In this document: positions 20,588-30,802 of the stretch, piece after piece
Numbering within the stretch: position 1 is the first letter of the stretch
How the letters are laid out: the number at the start of each line of letters is the position of its first letter
Assembly (NCBI GenBank): GCA_963725865.1
Contig: CAVSAC010000014.1
Location: 1,600,001 to 1,664,000 of the forward strand
Source of the DNA: Candidatus Eiseniibacteriota bacterium
GTDB lineage: Bacteria > Eisenbacteria > RBG-16-71-46
Length of the DNA stretch: 64,000 nucleotides
Direction: 5' to 3'
Notes under the pieces: model-generated
What the model was told of the DNA's origin: nothing
What the model saw: only the letters and a program-made list of their open reading frames with translations
Databases searched by the model: none
Made by a program: the position numbers and the translations under genes

Positions 20588-21136
20588 ATGTCGCGTTCCC
20601 ACCCGCCGACCGATCGCCCGCGCGTGGAGTCCGCGGTGCTGGTGCCAGTGTACCGGGACGACGCCGGGGCCCTGCGGCTGGTGCTGATCCTGCGCGCCCC
20701 GGGCGGCCGGCACGGCGGGCAGCTCGCGTTCCCCGGCGGGCGGCGCGAGTCGTTCGACGCCACGCCGTACGACACCGCGCTGCGCGAAGCCGAGGAGGAG
20801 ATCGGCCTGCCGCGCGCCGCGGTCGAGTGCCTCGCCGAGCTCCCGACGCTCGCCACGCGCTCCTCCGACATCCACATCGACCCGTTCCTGGTCCGCATCG
20901 AGCGCCCCGCGCAGTGGCGGCCCGATCCCCACGAGGTCGCCGACGTGCTCGAGGTGCCGATCGCGGATCTGGTGCGGCCGGAGGCGCAGGGCGAGGCGAT
21001 GGAGGAGTTCCCGGGCTGGCCGGGTCCGCAGCGCATCACTTACGTGCGCGTGGGGCCGCATCGGCTGTGGGGCGCGTCGTACCGCATCGCGCGTCCGCTG
21101 CTGCCGCGCCTGCTCGCGGGCGAATGGCCCTTCTGA
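20588..21136 (+). CDS. Nudix hydrolase, CoA pyrophosphatase (NudL-like)
   Basis: SAVLVP, HGGQLAFPGG, TALREAEEEIG, LWGAS. Confidence 0.9.
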   Translation: MSRSHPPTDRPRVESAVLVPVYRDDAGALRLVLILRAPGGRHGGQLAFPGGRRESFDATPYDTALREAEEEIGLPRAAVECLAELPTLATRSSDIHIDPFLVRIERPAQWRPDPHEVADVLEVPIADLVRPEAQGEAMEEFPGWPGPQRITYVRVGPHRLWGASYRIARPLLPRLLAGEWPF

Positions 21137-21230
21137 GCTCGCGCCGCCCGCCGCCACCGTGGGCGTCGAGCGATTGCGGTAGCCTGTCTGCCACTGATGG
21201 AGCGCGCGCGAGCGCGCGGAAAGGACCGCC

Positions 21231-21728
21231 ATGTTCCGCCGCATCGAGGATTTCGGGGTCGCATGGGAGTACGAATCGAGTGCCACGCTGCGGCTGCTGG
21301 GCGCCTGCACGGAAGCGGCGATGTCGCAGCGGGTCGCTCCGAGCGGACGCACGCTCGGGCGGCTGGCGTGGCACATCACCATCACGTTGGGCGAGATGCT
21401 CGGGCATGCCGGGCTCGCCGTGAAGGCGCCGGCCAGCGAAGGCGAGGTGCCCCCGCTCGCGACCATCGTCAGCACGTACGCGGAATCCGCGCGGGCGGTC
21501 GCCGAAGCGGTCCAGGCGCGGTGGACCGACGCGATGCTCGGCGAGCGGGTGCCGATGTACGGCGAGGAGTGGGCGCGCGGGGCGGTGCTCTCGTCGTTGA
21601 TCACCCACCAGGCGCACCATCGTGGGCAGATGACCGTGCTGATGCGCCAGGCGGGATTGCGGGTGCCGGGCCTCTACGGCCCCGCGGCCGAGGAGTGGAG
21701 CGCGATGGGGATGTCCGCGCAGCCGTGA
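21231..21728 (+). CDS. DinB family protein
   Basis: RTLGRLAWHI, HQAHHRGQMTVLMRQAG..VPGLYGP. Confidence 0.9.
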   Translation: MFRRIEDFGVAWEYESSATLRLLGACTEAAMSQRVAPSGRTLGRLAWHITITLGEMLGHAGLAVKAPASEGEVPPLATIVSTYAESARAVAEAVQARWTDAMLGERVPMYGEEWARGAVLSSLITHQAHHRGQMTVLMRQAGLRVPGLYGPAAEEWSAMGMSAQP

Positions 21729-21791
21729 GGCGCGATGCCGCGCGCGGCGCGCCTCAGGACGGCGGGCCGGTCGGCTGAGCGATCCGCGGCC

Positions 21792-23582
21792 TCATGGACC
21801 CGCCACCGGCGGGGCCGCGGGTCCAGCCGCCGCCGCGCCGCGATGCAGCACGCCCCACTCGAGCGGCGGATTGAGGACGAACTCGTCGGGGCGTCCGCGA
21901 CGCAGCGCCGCGTCCAGCCGGCGGTCGATCTCGTAGATGTCGTCGCGGTACTGCAGCGCGCCCGCCGAGTCCACCCACGCGGTCCAGTACAGCAGGTGGA
22001 CCGGGACCGGGTGGGGCAGCCCGACGTAGCGCGTCACCGCCGCGGCCTCCAGCGAGTCGACGGAATCGGCCACCGCCTCCGCGTACCGCGGCGCGAGCAG
22101 CCGCTCCGCCAGCGCGTGCGGCCGCTCCACCCGCACGCACCCGTGGCTGCGCGCGCGCGCCACCTGCGCGAAATGCGAGCGCAGCGGCGTGTCGTGCAGG
22201 TAGACGTCGTATTCGTTCGGACACATGAACTTGATCCGGCCGAGCGGGTTCTCGGGGCCGCCGTCCTGCACCACGATGTAGCGGAACGAGTCCTGTTCGG
22301 CGGCGCGCCAGTCCACCGCGGTGTGCGGGACCTCGAGCGCCGGTTGATGGCGGGGATCGAACACCCGCATGTGGTGGCTCGCGAGGTACGAGGTGTCGCG
22401 ATGCAGCTCGGGCACGATCTCCTCGACCACGATGCGCCGCGGCAGCCGCCAGGTCGGATTGAACGCCAGGTAGCTCATCGCGTCGCTGAATACCGGCGTG
22501 GGATTGCGCCGCTCGCCGATCACCACGCGCATGCGCAGCACCGTGCGGGCGCTGTCGCGCAGCTCGAGCGAATAGTCGGGCAGGTTCACGATGATGCAGG
22601 GCTCGGGCGGCGGCAGCGCCAGCCATCGCCTCCGCTCGAGGTTGAGCGCGAGCGTGCGCGCACGCTCCGCCGCCGGGACGTTCAGCGCCGCGCGCGTCGG
22701 CGGGTCGACGATGCCGGTCGGCTTGATGCCGTGCCGGCCCTGAAACGTGCTCACGGCGCGCAAGAGAGCGGCGTCGAACGGCGCGTCGAGCGACGTGGTG
22801 TCGAGTGGGAGCTCGTACGCGAGCCGGCGACGCAGCCGCGCCACGTCCGGGCTCCCGTCGCCGAGGCGCAGCGGCGGTCCTGCGGTCAGCCGCGGCCACC
22901 CGCCGAGCGTGGCGACGTGGAGCACCTGCGCCAGCGCGGCGCGCAGCGCGAGGCTCTCCGGGTCGCGCGGGCCCAGCTCGGCCATCACCGCGCCCGTGCG
23001 GCCGGCGTGGAGCGCGCGCGCCAGCTCCCCGAGCAGGTCGGGACGCCGGCGATCCTTCACCCAGTCGGGGTCGAGCGCCGCATCGGGCACCCGCCCCTCG
23101 CACGCGTCGCGCGCGTAGCGCAGGAACGCGCGGGTCAGGCGCAGGTCGAGCGCGGCGAGCGATTCGGGCGCCGCGGCCTGCGAGGCGGCGCGCAGCCGCG
23201 AGCAGTCGTGCGCCAGCGCGGCCCCCTCGTAGTCGGCGGGATCGAGACCTTCGCGGGCCGCGAGCGCGAGGACGTGCGCGCAGGCGAGCGCGGCGTCGTG
23301 CGGGCGCCGGTCGTCGCTCCAGGCCGCCCGATTGCCCCGCTGGCGGTAGAAATCGAGCAGCGCCCGCTCGACCGGGTCGTGCAGAGTGTCGCGCCCGGCC
23401 GCGGCCGGCGCGAGGGCGACGCCGATCGCGGCGGCCATCCGAACGGCGGGCGACTCCGGCACGCGGCGGTGACCGAGCCACCACAGTCCGGCGAGCAGGA
23501 CCGCGAGCACGATCACGCCGATGGCCGTCGCGACCAGCGCGAAGCGGCGAGGGGCGGGCGAGGAAGGGAGCGGGAGGACCAT
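21792..23582 (-). CDS. L,D-transpeptidase (YcbB/LdtD-like) with peptidoglycan-binding domain
   Basis: FQGRHGI PG-binding motif, NPLGRIKFM, VYLHDTP, SHGCVRV. Confidence 0.92.
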   Translation of the reverse strand: MVLPLPSSPAPRRFALVATAIGVIVLAVLLAGLWWLGHRRVPESPAVRMAAAIGVALAPAAAGRDTLHDPVERALLDFYRQRGNRAAWSDDRRPHDAALACAHVLALAAREGLDPADYEGAALAHDCSRLRAASQAAAPESLAALDLRLTRAFLRYARDACEGRVPDAALDPDWVKDRRRPDLLGELARALHAGRTGAVMAELGPRDPESLALRAALAQVLHVATLGGWPRLTAGPPLRLGDGSPDVARLRRRLAYELPLDTTSLDAPFDAALLRAVSTFQGRHGIKPTGIVDPPTRAALNVPAAERARTLALNLERRRWLALPPPEPCIIVNLPDYSLELRDSARTVLRMRVVIGERRNPTPVFSDAMSYLAFNPTWRLPRRIVVEEIVPELHRDTSYLASHHMRVFDPRHQPALEVPHTAVDWRAAEQDSFRYIVVQDGGPENPLGRIKFMCPNEYDVYLHDTPLRSHFAQVARARSHGCVRVERPHALAERLLAPRYAEAVADSVDSLEAAAVTRYVGLPHPVPVHLLYWTAWVDSAGALQYRDDIYEIDRRLDAALRRGRPDEFVLNPPLEWGVLHRGAAAAGPAAPPVAGP

Positions 23583-23655
23583 GGTGGTTGGTGTCGACGG
23601 TCGGGGACTCTATACTTTCCCGGCCGCGCCCCGTAGGCCTTTCCCTGGAGTCCTC

Positions 23656-24978
23656 ATGTCCCGATCGCAGCTTCACGCGGCCTGCGCGGCGCTCGTCCTC
23701 GTGACGGCCGCTTCGCCGGCGGCCTCCGCGATGCCCGGGGTGGCGGCCCGCGACAGCGCGCTCGCCGCCGAGCGCAGCGCGGCGGGCTACGACGGCGCCG
23801 GCCGGTCGCGGGCGTGCGCGTCCGCGGGCGTCCGCGCGGCGCTCGCGGAGTCGCTCGCGACGTCGGCGCCCGGCGCGGCGGGCGAGCGCGAGCGGGTCTA
23901 CGCTGATGCGATCCGCGCGCTGCGCGCGGCCGCTGGCGGTCCGGCCGACCCGGGCGCGCTCGCGGCGCTGCGCCACGGCGCCGAGGACCTCGGGGATCCG
24001 CGGGCCGCGCAGTTGCTCGGCCAGCTCTACGCCAGCGGGGAGCGGGTCGCGCCCGACGACTCGCTCGCGGTCCACTACCTGCTGCTCGCGACGCGTCAGG
24101 GCGACTGTCGGGTGGCGCCTTCCTTCGCGCTGCTCGCCCACGCCTACTTCCGCGGCGCGGGGATCGCGCGCAGCGACTCGCTCGCCGGCCGCGCGATGAA
24201 CGCGGCGTACTTCGGGGCGGCGGACGAGGCCTGTCGCGCGGCTTACGGCGACCGCGACCTGTGGGTCGCTCGCCAGGGGCTGTTCTTCGTCGCGGGCGAG
24301 TCGCGGCTGCACGGTGAAGGCGTGCACGTCGACGTGCCGAGCTCGATGTACCAGTTCGACAAGGGCGCCCGTTTCGGCGAGGCGGCGTGCGCGTTGCGTG
24401 CGGCGATGTTGTTCCTGCCGCCGCCGGTCGGTGATCCGCAGGCGATCGGGCGCGTGCAGCCCGATGCGGAACGCGCGCGCGGCTACCTGCAGCAGGCGCA
24501 CGACGCCGGCGTGCCGGTCGCCTCGCTGCTGCTGGCGCGCTGCCTCGCGGAGGGGATCGGCGGGGCCGCGGATCCGGGGCGCGCGCTCACGCTGTTCGAG
24601 CAGGCCGCCGCGAATGGGCTGCCGCACGCACGCCTCGAGCTGGCGACGCGACTCGCGGGCGGCGAAGGGGTGCCGTTCGACTCGCTGCGCGGGCGGCGTG
24701 AGCTGGAGCGCGCCGCGCGCGAGAGCGATCCCCGGGCGATGTCCATCGTCGGCAGCCTGGCCTACGAGCGCGCGCTCGCCGACCACACGGCCGCGCGGCC
24801 GCGGCGACTCGCGGAGGCCGCGGCGTGGTTCGAGCGAGCCGCCGCGGGCGGGGACGGCACGGCGATGTACGCGCTCGGCGTCATGCATCGCAATGGGCAG
24901 CACTACTCCCGTGACCTCGGCAAGGCCGCGGCCTGGTTCGAGCGGGCGCGCAGCGCCGGAGTGACCGGCGCGCGCTGA
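23656..24978 (+). CDS. Secreted Sel1-like repeat protein
   Basis: Signal peptide; repeats such as LGQLYASGE, AAAWFERAA, AMYALGVMHRNG. Confidence 0.75.
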   Translation: MSRSQLHAACAALVLVTAASPAASAMPGVAARDSALAAERSAAGYDGAGRSRACASAGVRAALAESLATSAPGAAGERERVYADAIRALRAAAGGPADPGALAALRHGAEDLGDPRAAQLLGQLYASGERVAPDDSLAVHYLLLATRQGDCRVAPSFALLAHAYFRGAGIARSDSLAGRAMNAAYFGAADEACRAAYGDRDLWVARQGLFFVAGESRLHGEGVHVDVPSSMYQFDKGARFGEAACALRAAMLFLPPPVGDPQAIGRVQPDAERARGYLQQAHDAGVPVASLLLARCLAEGIGGAADPGRALTLFEQAAANGLPHARLELATRLAGGEGVPFDSLRGRRELERAARESDPRAMSIVGSLAYERALADHTAARPRRLAEAAAWFERAAAGGDGTAMYALGVMHRNGQHYSRDLGKAAAWFERARSAGVTGAR

Positions 24979-25092
24979 CCGCGCGCTTGCGCTCCCGTCC
25001 CGCCGGTCCCGCCGAGCCGGATGTCAGGGGTTGGTGGAGAACGGATGCCGTTCGGGGCCCGGCCCCATCCAAGGGTGGTGCTCGCCCGGAGC

Positions 25093-25121
25093 TTGGCATT
25101 GGGCCCCGCTTCGGGCATACT
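25093..25121 (+). promoter_or_regulatory. Possible sigma70 promoter of rpmE
   Basis: TTGGCA-17bp-CATACT. Confidence 0.45.
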
Positions 25122-25232
25122 CGCCGCCCGCTATCCAACACCGCCCCGTGCGGAGCGCCCGGCCCACCAGCGTGCCCTGAGCGATCATCGCGAAGGAGCC
25201 GGCCGGGGAACGCCGCCGAGAGGAGAAGTGCG

Positions 25233-25484
25233 ATGAAGGCTGGACTGCATCCCATCTACAAGATCCGCACCTTCCACTGCTACGGCTGTGGCACCGAGTT
25301 CGACACCCGCACGACGCTCGATCCGCACAATGCCGACGGCAAGGTGCACCTCGACGTGTGCTCGAGCTGCCACCCGTTCTTCACCGGCAAGCAGAAGATG
25401 ATCGACAAGGCCGGCCGCGTGGAGCGCTTCCGCAGGCGCTACGAGAAGAAGGGCGAGGCCAAGCCCGAGCCAGCGCAGTCCTAG
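25233..25484 (+). CDS. rpmE: 50S ribosomal protein L31 (Zn-binding type)
   Basis: MKAGLHPIY, CYGCG, DVCSSCHPFFTGKQK, GRVERF. Confidence 0.97.
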   Translation: MKAGLHPIYKIRTFHCYGCGTEFDTRTTLDPHNADGKVHLDVCSSCHPFFTGKQKMIDKAGRVERFRRRYEKKGEAKPEPAQS

Positions 25485-25491
25485 CGCTTCC

Positions 25492-25534
25492 CGAGCGGCT
25501 CCCAGCCGGGCGGACGCCCGGCGGGAGCCGTTCG
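25492..25534 (+). terminator. Long GC-rich hairpin after rpmE
   Basis: CGAGCGGCTCCC-A-GCCGGGCG-GA-CGCCCGGC-GGGAGCCGTTCG; no U-tract, so it may be a stability hairpin. Confidence 0.5.
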
Positions 25535-25551
25535 CATGCCCGGAGGCATCG

Positions 25552-26487
25552 TTGCCCTTCCTGCCCGTCGGTGGTCAGGCTGTCATCGAAGGCGTCATGA
25601 TGCGCTCGCCGTCGCTCGTCGCGGTGGCGGTGCGCCGCCCCGACGGCTCGCTCGCGTATTTCGACCGCGCGTACCGGTCCGTCACGCTGCGCGTGAAGGC
25701 GCTCGGCCTCCCGATCGTGCGCGGGGCCGTGGCGCTGTTCGAGACGCTCTATCTCGGCATGACCGCGCTCAATTTCAGCGCGGACGAGGCGGGGCGTGAC
25801 GAGGGCGGGACCGCGGCCAAGGCCTCCGCGGGCCAGAGCGTGATCCAGGGCGCGACGCTGGTGTTCTCGCTCGCGGTCGGGCTGCTGCTGTTCGTGGTGC
25901 TGCCCGCGCGGCTGACGGTCGCCGTCGGCGCCACCAGCCGGCTGGCGTTCGGGCTCGTCGACGGCGCGTTCCGGCTGGCGGTGTTCCTGCTCTACCTGTT
26001 CCTGATCAGCCAGTGGAAGGAGATGGCCCGCGTCCTCGGCTACCACGGGGCGGAGCACAAGGCCATCCACGCGCTCGAGGCGCGCGCGCCCCTGACGCCC
26101 GAGAGCGTGCAGACGTTCTCGCGCTTCCATCCGCGCTGCGGCACCACGTTCCTGTTCATCGTGGTGGTGGTCAGCATCGTGGTGTTCACGCTCATCGGGC
26201 GGCCGCAGCGCATCCAGGACCACCTGCTGCGGATCGCGTGCATGCCGCTCATCGCGGGCCTGGCGTTCGAGTTCATCCGGCTGTCCGGCAAGCACCAGGC
26301 GAAGGCGTGGGTGCGCGCGCTCTCGTGGCCGGGGATCCAGTTCCAGCGGCTCACGACGCGGGAACCCGACCTCACGATGTGCGCGGTGGCGATCGCCGCG
26401 CTCGAACACGTGCGCGCCGACGAGACCGTGCGCCGCCTCGAGGCCGCCGGCGACGGCGCCCCGCTCGAGCTGACGTTCGTGCAGTGA
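25552..26487 (+). CDS. DUF1385 (YqhQ-like) membrane protein
   Basis: [39 protein letters not shown]. Confidence 0.93.
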   Translation: MPFLPVGGQAVIEGVMMRSPSLVAVAVRRPDGSLAYFDRAYRSVTLRVKALGLPIVRGAVALFETLYLGMTALNFSADEAGRDEGGTAAKASAGQSVIQGATLVFSLAVGLLLFVVLPARLTVAVGATSRLAFGLVDGAFRLAVFLLYLFLISQWKEMARVLGYHGAEHKAIHALEARAPLTPESVQTFSRFHPRCGTTFLFIVVVVSIVVFTLIGRPQRIQDHLLRIACMPLIAGLAFEFIRLSGKHQAKAWVRALSWPGIQFQRLTTREPDLTMCAVAIAALEHVRADETVRRLEAAGDGAPLELTFVQ

Positions 26488-26491
26488 CGCC

Positions 26492-27568
26492 ATGTGGGAC
26501 GCGCTGAAGAAGGTCGAAGCCCGCTGGGCCGAGGTGAATCAGCTGCTGGGCACCCCCGAGGTGGCGTCCGACCCGCGCAAGCTGCGCGACCTCGGCCGCG
26601 AGCGCACGCGGCTGGCGGCCACCATGCGCGACCTCGAGGAGTACCGGCGTCTCGAGCGCACCGCCGCCGACGACGAGGCCGCCGCCGCCTCGGACGACGC
26701 CGAGCTGGCCGAGCTGGCGAAGGCCGAGCTGCCCGAGCTGCGCGCGCGCCTGGACGTGCTCGGGGAGGCGCTCAAGCAGCACCTGGTGCCGCGCGATCCC
26801 GACGACGACAAGAACGTGATCGTCGAGCTGCGCGCCGGGACCGGCGGGGACGAGGCCACGCTGTTCGCCGGCGAGCTGTTCCGGATGTACTCCAAGTTCG
26901 CCGAGCGCCGCCGCTGGAAGCTGGAGGTGATGTCCTCGAGCCCCTCCGAGGTCGGCGGCTTCAAGGAGATCGTCTTCATGCTCTCCGGCGAGGACGTGTA
27001 CCGCCAGATGAAGTTCGAGTCGGGGGTGCACCGCGTGCAGCGCGTGCCGGCCACCGAGGCCTCGGGCCGCATCCACACCTCGGCCGCGACCGTCGCCGTG
27101 CTGCCCGAGGTCGAGGACGTCGACATCCAGATCGAGGAGAAGGACCTGCGCGTCGACGTCTACCGCGCCGGCGGCCCCGGCGGCCAGGGCGTGAACACCA
27201 CCGACTCCGCGGTCCGCATCACCCACCTGCCGAGCGGCCTGGTGGTGACCTGCCAGGACGAGCGCTCGCAGATCAAGAACCGCGCGAAGGCGATGAAGGT
27301 GCTGCGCGCGCGGCTCTACGACGCCAAGCTCCAGGAGCAGCAGGCGCGGCAGGCGGCGCAGCGGCGCTCGCAGGTCTCGACCGGCGACCGCAGCGCCAAG
27401 ATCCGCACCTACAACTTCCCGCAGAGCCGCATCACCGACCACCGGATCAACTTCACCTCGCACAACCTGCCGGCGGTGATGGAAGGCGACCTCGACGAGC
27501 TCAACGAGGCACTGGCGACCGCCGACATGAGCGAGCGGCTCGCGGCGCTGGGCAGCGAGGCCGGCTGA
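26492..27568 (+). CDS. prfA: Peptide chain release factor 1
   Basis: GGQ motif, RF1-specific PAT (VQRVPATE), RTYNFPQ. Confidence 0.98.
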   Translation: MWDALKKVEARWAEVNQLLGTPEVASDPRKLRDLGRERTRLAATMRDLEEYRRLERTAADDEAAAASDDAELAELAKAELPELRARLDVLGEALKQHLVPRDPDDDKNVIVELRAGTGGDEATLFAGELFRMYSKFAERRRWKLEVMSSSPSEVGGFKEIVFMLSGEDVYRQMKFESGVHRVQRVPATEASGRIHTSAATVAVLPEVEDVDIQIEEKDLRVDVYRAGGPGGQGVNTTDSAVRITHLPSGLVVTCQDERSQIKNRAKAMKVLRARLYDAKLQEQQARQAAQRRSQVSTGDRSAKIRTYNFPQSRITDHRINFTSHNLPAVMEGDLDELNEALATADMSERLAALGSEAG

Positions 27569-27644
27569 GCCGCGCCGGCCGCGGCGCGCCCCGCCCGGGT
27601 GCGTGCCCGGGCGGGGCGCGTGGGTCGCTTCCCGATGCCGGCCG

Positions 27645-28205
27645 CTACCGCGGCCAGAGCCAGCCGAACGTTCCCGCGGTGAGCAGCCCGTACACCAGGC
27701 CGTCGAACGAGTTCTTGAACGTGGTGCTCCACGCGCGCTTGTACCAGATCGAGTCCTGCCACAGCGCCACCACGTAGCAGAAGAACGCCGTCGCGCCCGC
27801 GAAGCGGAACACGCGCAGGTAGTGGGCGTCCGGCCCCACTGCCCGGCTCGCGATGTAGGCCGCGAACACCGAGACCAGCACGCAGTAGAGGAACCACTGG
27901 ATGAGCTCGTTCGTCATCGCGGGCGGCCCCGCGGGCAGCACGGTCATGATCGCCTTGGGGCCCTTCTTCATCTTCTCGATGAACGCGGGGTCCTTCATCG
28001 ACTCCGGACCCGTGCCGCACGGAAACATGTAGTCGCCGGCCGGGATCTCGAACTTGCGCAGCGCGTCCATCACCGCGTCCTCGTCCTTGAGCTTCTTCAC
28101 GTCCGTCCGGTGGTACGGCAGCATCATGTGGATGATGAAGCTGGCAAAGAACACCAGCACCGCCGACAGCAGGATGGGCAGCCACAGCGTCACGATCGAG
28201 AGCAT
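27645..28205 (-). CDS. Hypothetical multi-pass membrane protein
   Basis: About 4 hydrophobic helices, strong codon bias, GGAGG RBS, upstream TTGCGC-17-TAGGAT promoter. Confidence 0.8.
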   Translation of the reverse strand: MLSIVTLWLPILLSAVLVFFASFIIHMMLPYHRTDVKKLKDEDAVMDALRKFEIPAGDYMFPCGTGPESMKDPAFIEKMKKGPKAIMTVLPAGPPAMTNELIQWFLYCVLVSVFAAYIASRAVGPDAHYLRVFRFAGATAFFCYVVALWQDSIWYKRAWSTTFKNSFDGLVYGLLTAGTFGWLWPR

Positions 28206-28450
28206 CGATCACCTCCGGAGTTCGCCCGACGTTCCGCCGGCCCGCCGAAAGGCGGACCATCGCGGACCGGCGGTGGCGCTCGCGCCGCCGGCATCCTAGG
28301 AACCCGCACCGGAGGGCGCAAGACCCGAGCGTTCCGACGGCACCGAGACTCCAGCCGCTCTGATCCGTCTGTAGGGAGGGCCGGGCCCCGATCTTCGCGC
28401 GCCACCCCGCCGCGTGCGCGCGCGCGTACCCCATCCCAGGAGAGCGCATC

Positions 28451-29131
28451 ATGCGTCACGTATCGCTTCGCGTCGCCGTGGCCGCGGCCGTCCTCACGAT
28501 CACCGCATTCGGTGTCCCGGCGCTCACGCGCGCCGCCACGCCTTCCGCCCCGCCCAGGCTCGACGGCGTCTGGAAGCTCAACGAGGCGCAGAGCGAGAGC
28601 TTCCAGAAGAAACTGGCCGAGCTGCGCTCGAGCGCCGGGGGCGCCGGCGAAGGCCGGCGCGGCATGGGGGGAGGGCGCGGGATGCGCGGTGGCGGCATGG
28701 GCGGCGAAGGTGGCGGCCGGGAAGGCGGCTGGGGCGGACGCGGGCCCGGTGGCGGCGGCCCCGCGGGGGGCGCGGACGAGTCGTCCGGTGCGCGGGCGCC
28801 CCGCTCCAACCTGCTCGCGCGGCCGCCGCTGATGATGGCGCTCGAGCAGAGCGACAGCGCAGTGGTGGTGACCGATCGCGGCGACTTGGTCGAGACGCTC
28901 GTGCTCTCGGCGGGCGCGGTCGCGCCGGCCGACCCACCGCGATACGTGGCGCACTGGAGCGGGGCACGCCTCGAGGCCGAGGGCAGCGGGCCGCGCGGCG
29001 GGAAGCTCCACCAGAGCTTCGAGCTGTCGCAGGACGGCAAGCAGCTGATCGTGATCGCGCGCACCGAGGGTGCCGGCGGGCGCCCGCCGCTCGAGCTGAA
29101 GCGCGTGTACGACCGCTACGAAGGCGACTGA
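28451..29131 (+). CDS. Secreted protein with Gly-rich insert (lipocalin-like GxWKLN..S motif)
   Basis: Signal peptide, LDGVWKLNEAQSE, long GGRG-rich segment, ELKRVYDR end. Confidence 0.75.
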   Translation: MRHVSLRVAVAAAVLTITAFGVPALTRAATPSAPPRLDGVWKLNEAQSESFQKKLAELRSSAGGAGEGRRGMGGGRGMRGGGMGGEGGGREGGWGGRGPGGGGPAGGADESSGARAPRSNLLARPPLMMALEQSDSAVVVTDRGDLVETLVLSAGAVAPADPPRYVAHWSGARLEAEGSGPRGGKLHQSFELSQDGKQLIVIARTEGAGGRPPLELKRVYDRYEGD

Positions 29132-29339
29132 GCGCCGGCGGCCGGATCGACACGCGGAGGCTGCCGCCGGGCGCGGGCTGCGCGGATGATGCCACCGTGG
29201 CGCGCGACCGCGCGGCGCGCGCGGCGTGGACGCCGGCGCCCGCTTCGTGGACACGGGCGCGCGCACGCCGTCGCGCGAACCGCGCCGTTCACGCACGCGC
29301 GCCACAGGCATGCGACGTGCAGTCGCATCGCGCATCGCG

Positions 29340-29975
29340 ATGTCCCCCGCTTCACCCGCCCACGCCGGACCCTGGATGCGCATCGATGCCGTGGACCGTC
29401 GAGCCCCGCAGCCCGAGTGGATCATGGCCCCGTGGTCGCTGCCGATCTGGCTCGGCGGCCTGCTGTGGGGCTGGTGGCAGCACGCGGCCGCCGAGCTGGC
29501 GGCCCATGCGGGCGGTCACCTGCCGCGCGCGGGCGTGCCGCTGGCCGCGCTGGTGGCCGGCGCGGTCGCGATCAAGGTGGCCGGCTGGCTCATCGAGGCC
29601 GCGTTCTACCGGGCCGTCTGGGCGAGCGCGGGCGCCCGGCTGGCGTACTGGCGACTGGCGATCGCGCTGGGGTCGTTCTCCGTCGCCGACCTGCTCGCGC
29701 ACACGCTACGCGGCGTGAAGGCGTGGGCGCACTCGCCCGTCATGGGGGCACTGGTCGGTCCGACCCCGGCATCCGGCGCCGACTTGCTGGCGTCGGTGGT
29801 GGCCGGCTTCGGACTGTGCGCGATCGCGCGTATCGTGTGCACGGCGCTCGTGCAGGCGCGCGCGTTGCGGCGTCCGCTCGCGCTCCCGCTCGCGCTCACG
29901 CTGGCGGCGGTCGCCATCACCCGGCTGGCGTCCGCGCTGCTCGTGGACCTGGCCCGCGGAAGGAGCCCGCTGTGA
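29340..29975 (+). CDS. Yip1-like 5-TM membrane protein (start uncertain)
   Basis: Five hydrophobic segments spaced as in bacterial Yip1 proteins; GTGA overlap with the next gene. Confidence 0.55.
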   Translation: MSPASPAHAGPWMRIDAVDRRAPQPEWIMAPWSLPIWLGGLLWGWWQHAAAELAAHAGGHLPRAGVPLAALVAGAVAIKVAGWLIEAAFYRAVWASAGARLAYWRLAIALGSFSVADLLAHTLRGVKAWAHSPVMGALVGPTPASGADLLASVVAGFGLCAIARIVCTALVQARALRRPLALPLALTLAAVAITRLASALLVDLARGRSPL

Positions 29976-30460
29976 CCGCTCGCGAACCGTCCGCAGCCTC
30001 TCCGCTGGCCAGCTGGTCGGGCGCCATCGGGGCGGCGTTGATCGTGCTCTCGCTGGTGGGGCTGGTGGTGCTGTGGACGTGGGACCGCACGCATCACTTC
30101 GAGACCCCGCGCTTCGAGGTCGCGCGCTTCGTCCCGCTGACGCGTGCGGGCGACGCCCCGGCGCGCGCGCGCTGGGTGGTCGCGGTCAATCCCGACTGCC
30201 CGCGCTGCCAGGACCAGTTCCCGGCGATCGCCCAACGCCACGCCGCGTCCGCGCCCGGGACCGCGCTCGAGGTGCTGCTGGTGGACGCCGCGCATCGCCC
30301 GCCGCCCGCGGCACTCGCGGCGTTCCCGTCGGAGCGGGCGTGGTGGGACTCCGCGGGGGTTTGGCGCCACGCCTGGGGCCACCGCGTCTACTCCGAGGTG
30401 CTGCGCTTCCGCGCCGACGGCACCCTCATCGCGACCGACCCGCCCCCGCGGGAGGAATAG
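29972..30460 (+). CDS. Membrane-anchored thioredoxin-fold protein (CPRC)
   Basis: N-terminal TM helix; WVVAVNPDCPRCQ; TlpA/ResA-like C-terminal pattern WDSAG..WG..VLRFRADG. Confidence 0.7.
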   Translation: MTAREPSAASPLASWSGAIGAALIVLSLVGLVVLWTWDRTHHFETPRFEVARFVPLTRAGDAPARARWVVAVNPDCPRCQDQFPAIAQRHAASAPGTALEVLLVDAAHRPPPAALAAFPSERAWWDSAGVWRHAWGHRVYSEVLRFRADGTLIATDPPPREE

Positions 30461-30537
30461 CGGCGCCGGCAACCCGCGGCGTGTCGCCCCCGCATCGATG
30501 CCCCCGCGCCCATCCGCCCCCGCGCTGGGAGATCCCC

Positions 30538-30777
30538 ATGTTGCGTCACCGCCGTCCGCACGCGTGGCTCGCGCTCGCGTGCCTCGTCCTCGCCCTCCAG
30601 TCCGCGCCCGCGCACGCCGCCGCCGGCCGCGCGGCGGCACCGACCGGAGTGATGAACGTCCTCAAGTACGGCTCCTGCGCGATGTCCGTCGCCGGATTCA
30701 CCGATCCCCTGGGTGCGGTCGTCGCGTTCCTGGTCTGCGCCCGCCTGCTCGTCGAGGAAGTTCAGCGGACGGGCTAG
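30538..30777 (+). CDS. Small secreted peptide A (79 aa) with Cys-flanked hydrophobic hairpin
   Basis: GGGAGA RBS, Sec signal ending AHA, C-x19-C containing DP-x9-C. Confidence 0.7.
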   Translation: MLRHRRPHAWLALACLVLALQSAPAHAAAGRAAAPTGVMNVLKYGSCAMSVAGFTDPLGAVVAFLVCARLLVEEVQRTG

Positions 30778-30802
30778 CGCGCCGTCCTCGGAGGATTCCG
30801 TC

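Noticed and set aside
24979..25232. Possible 6S RNA, riboswitch or L31 leader upstream of rpmE
   Set aside because: Some pairing potential but no diagnostic conserved motifs; needs an Rfam/Infernal scan
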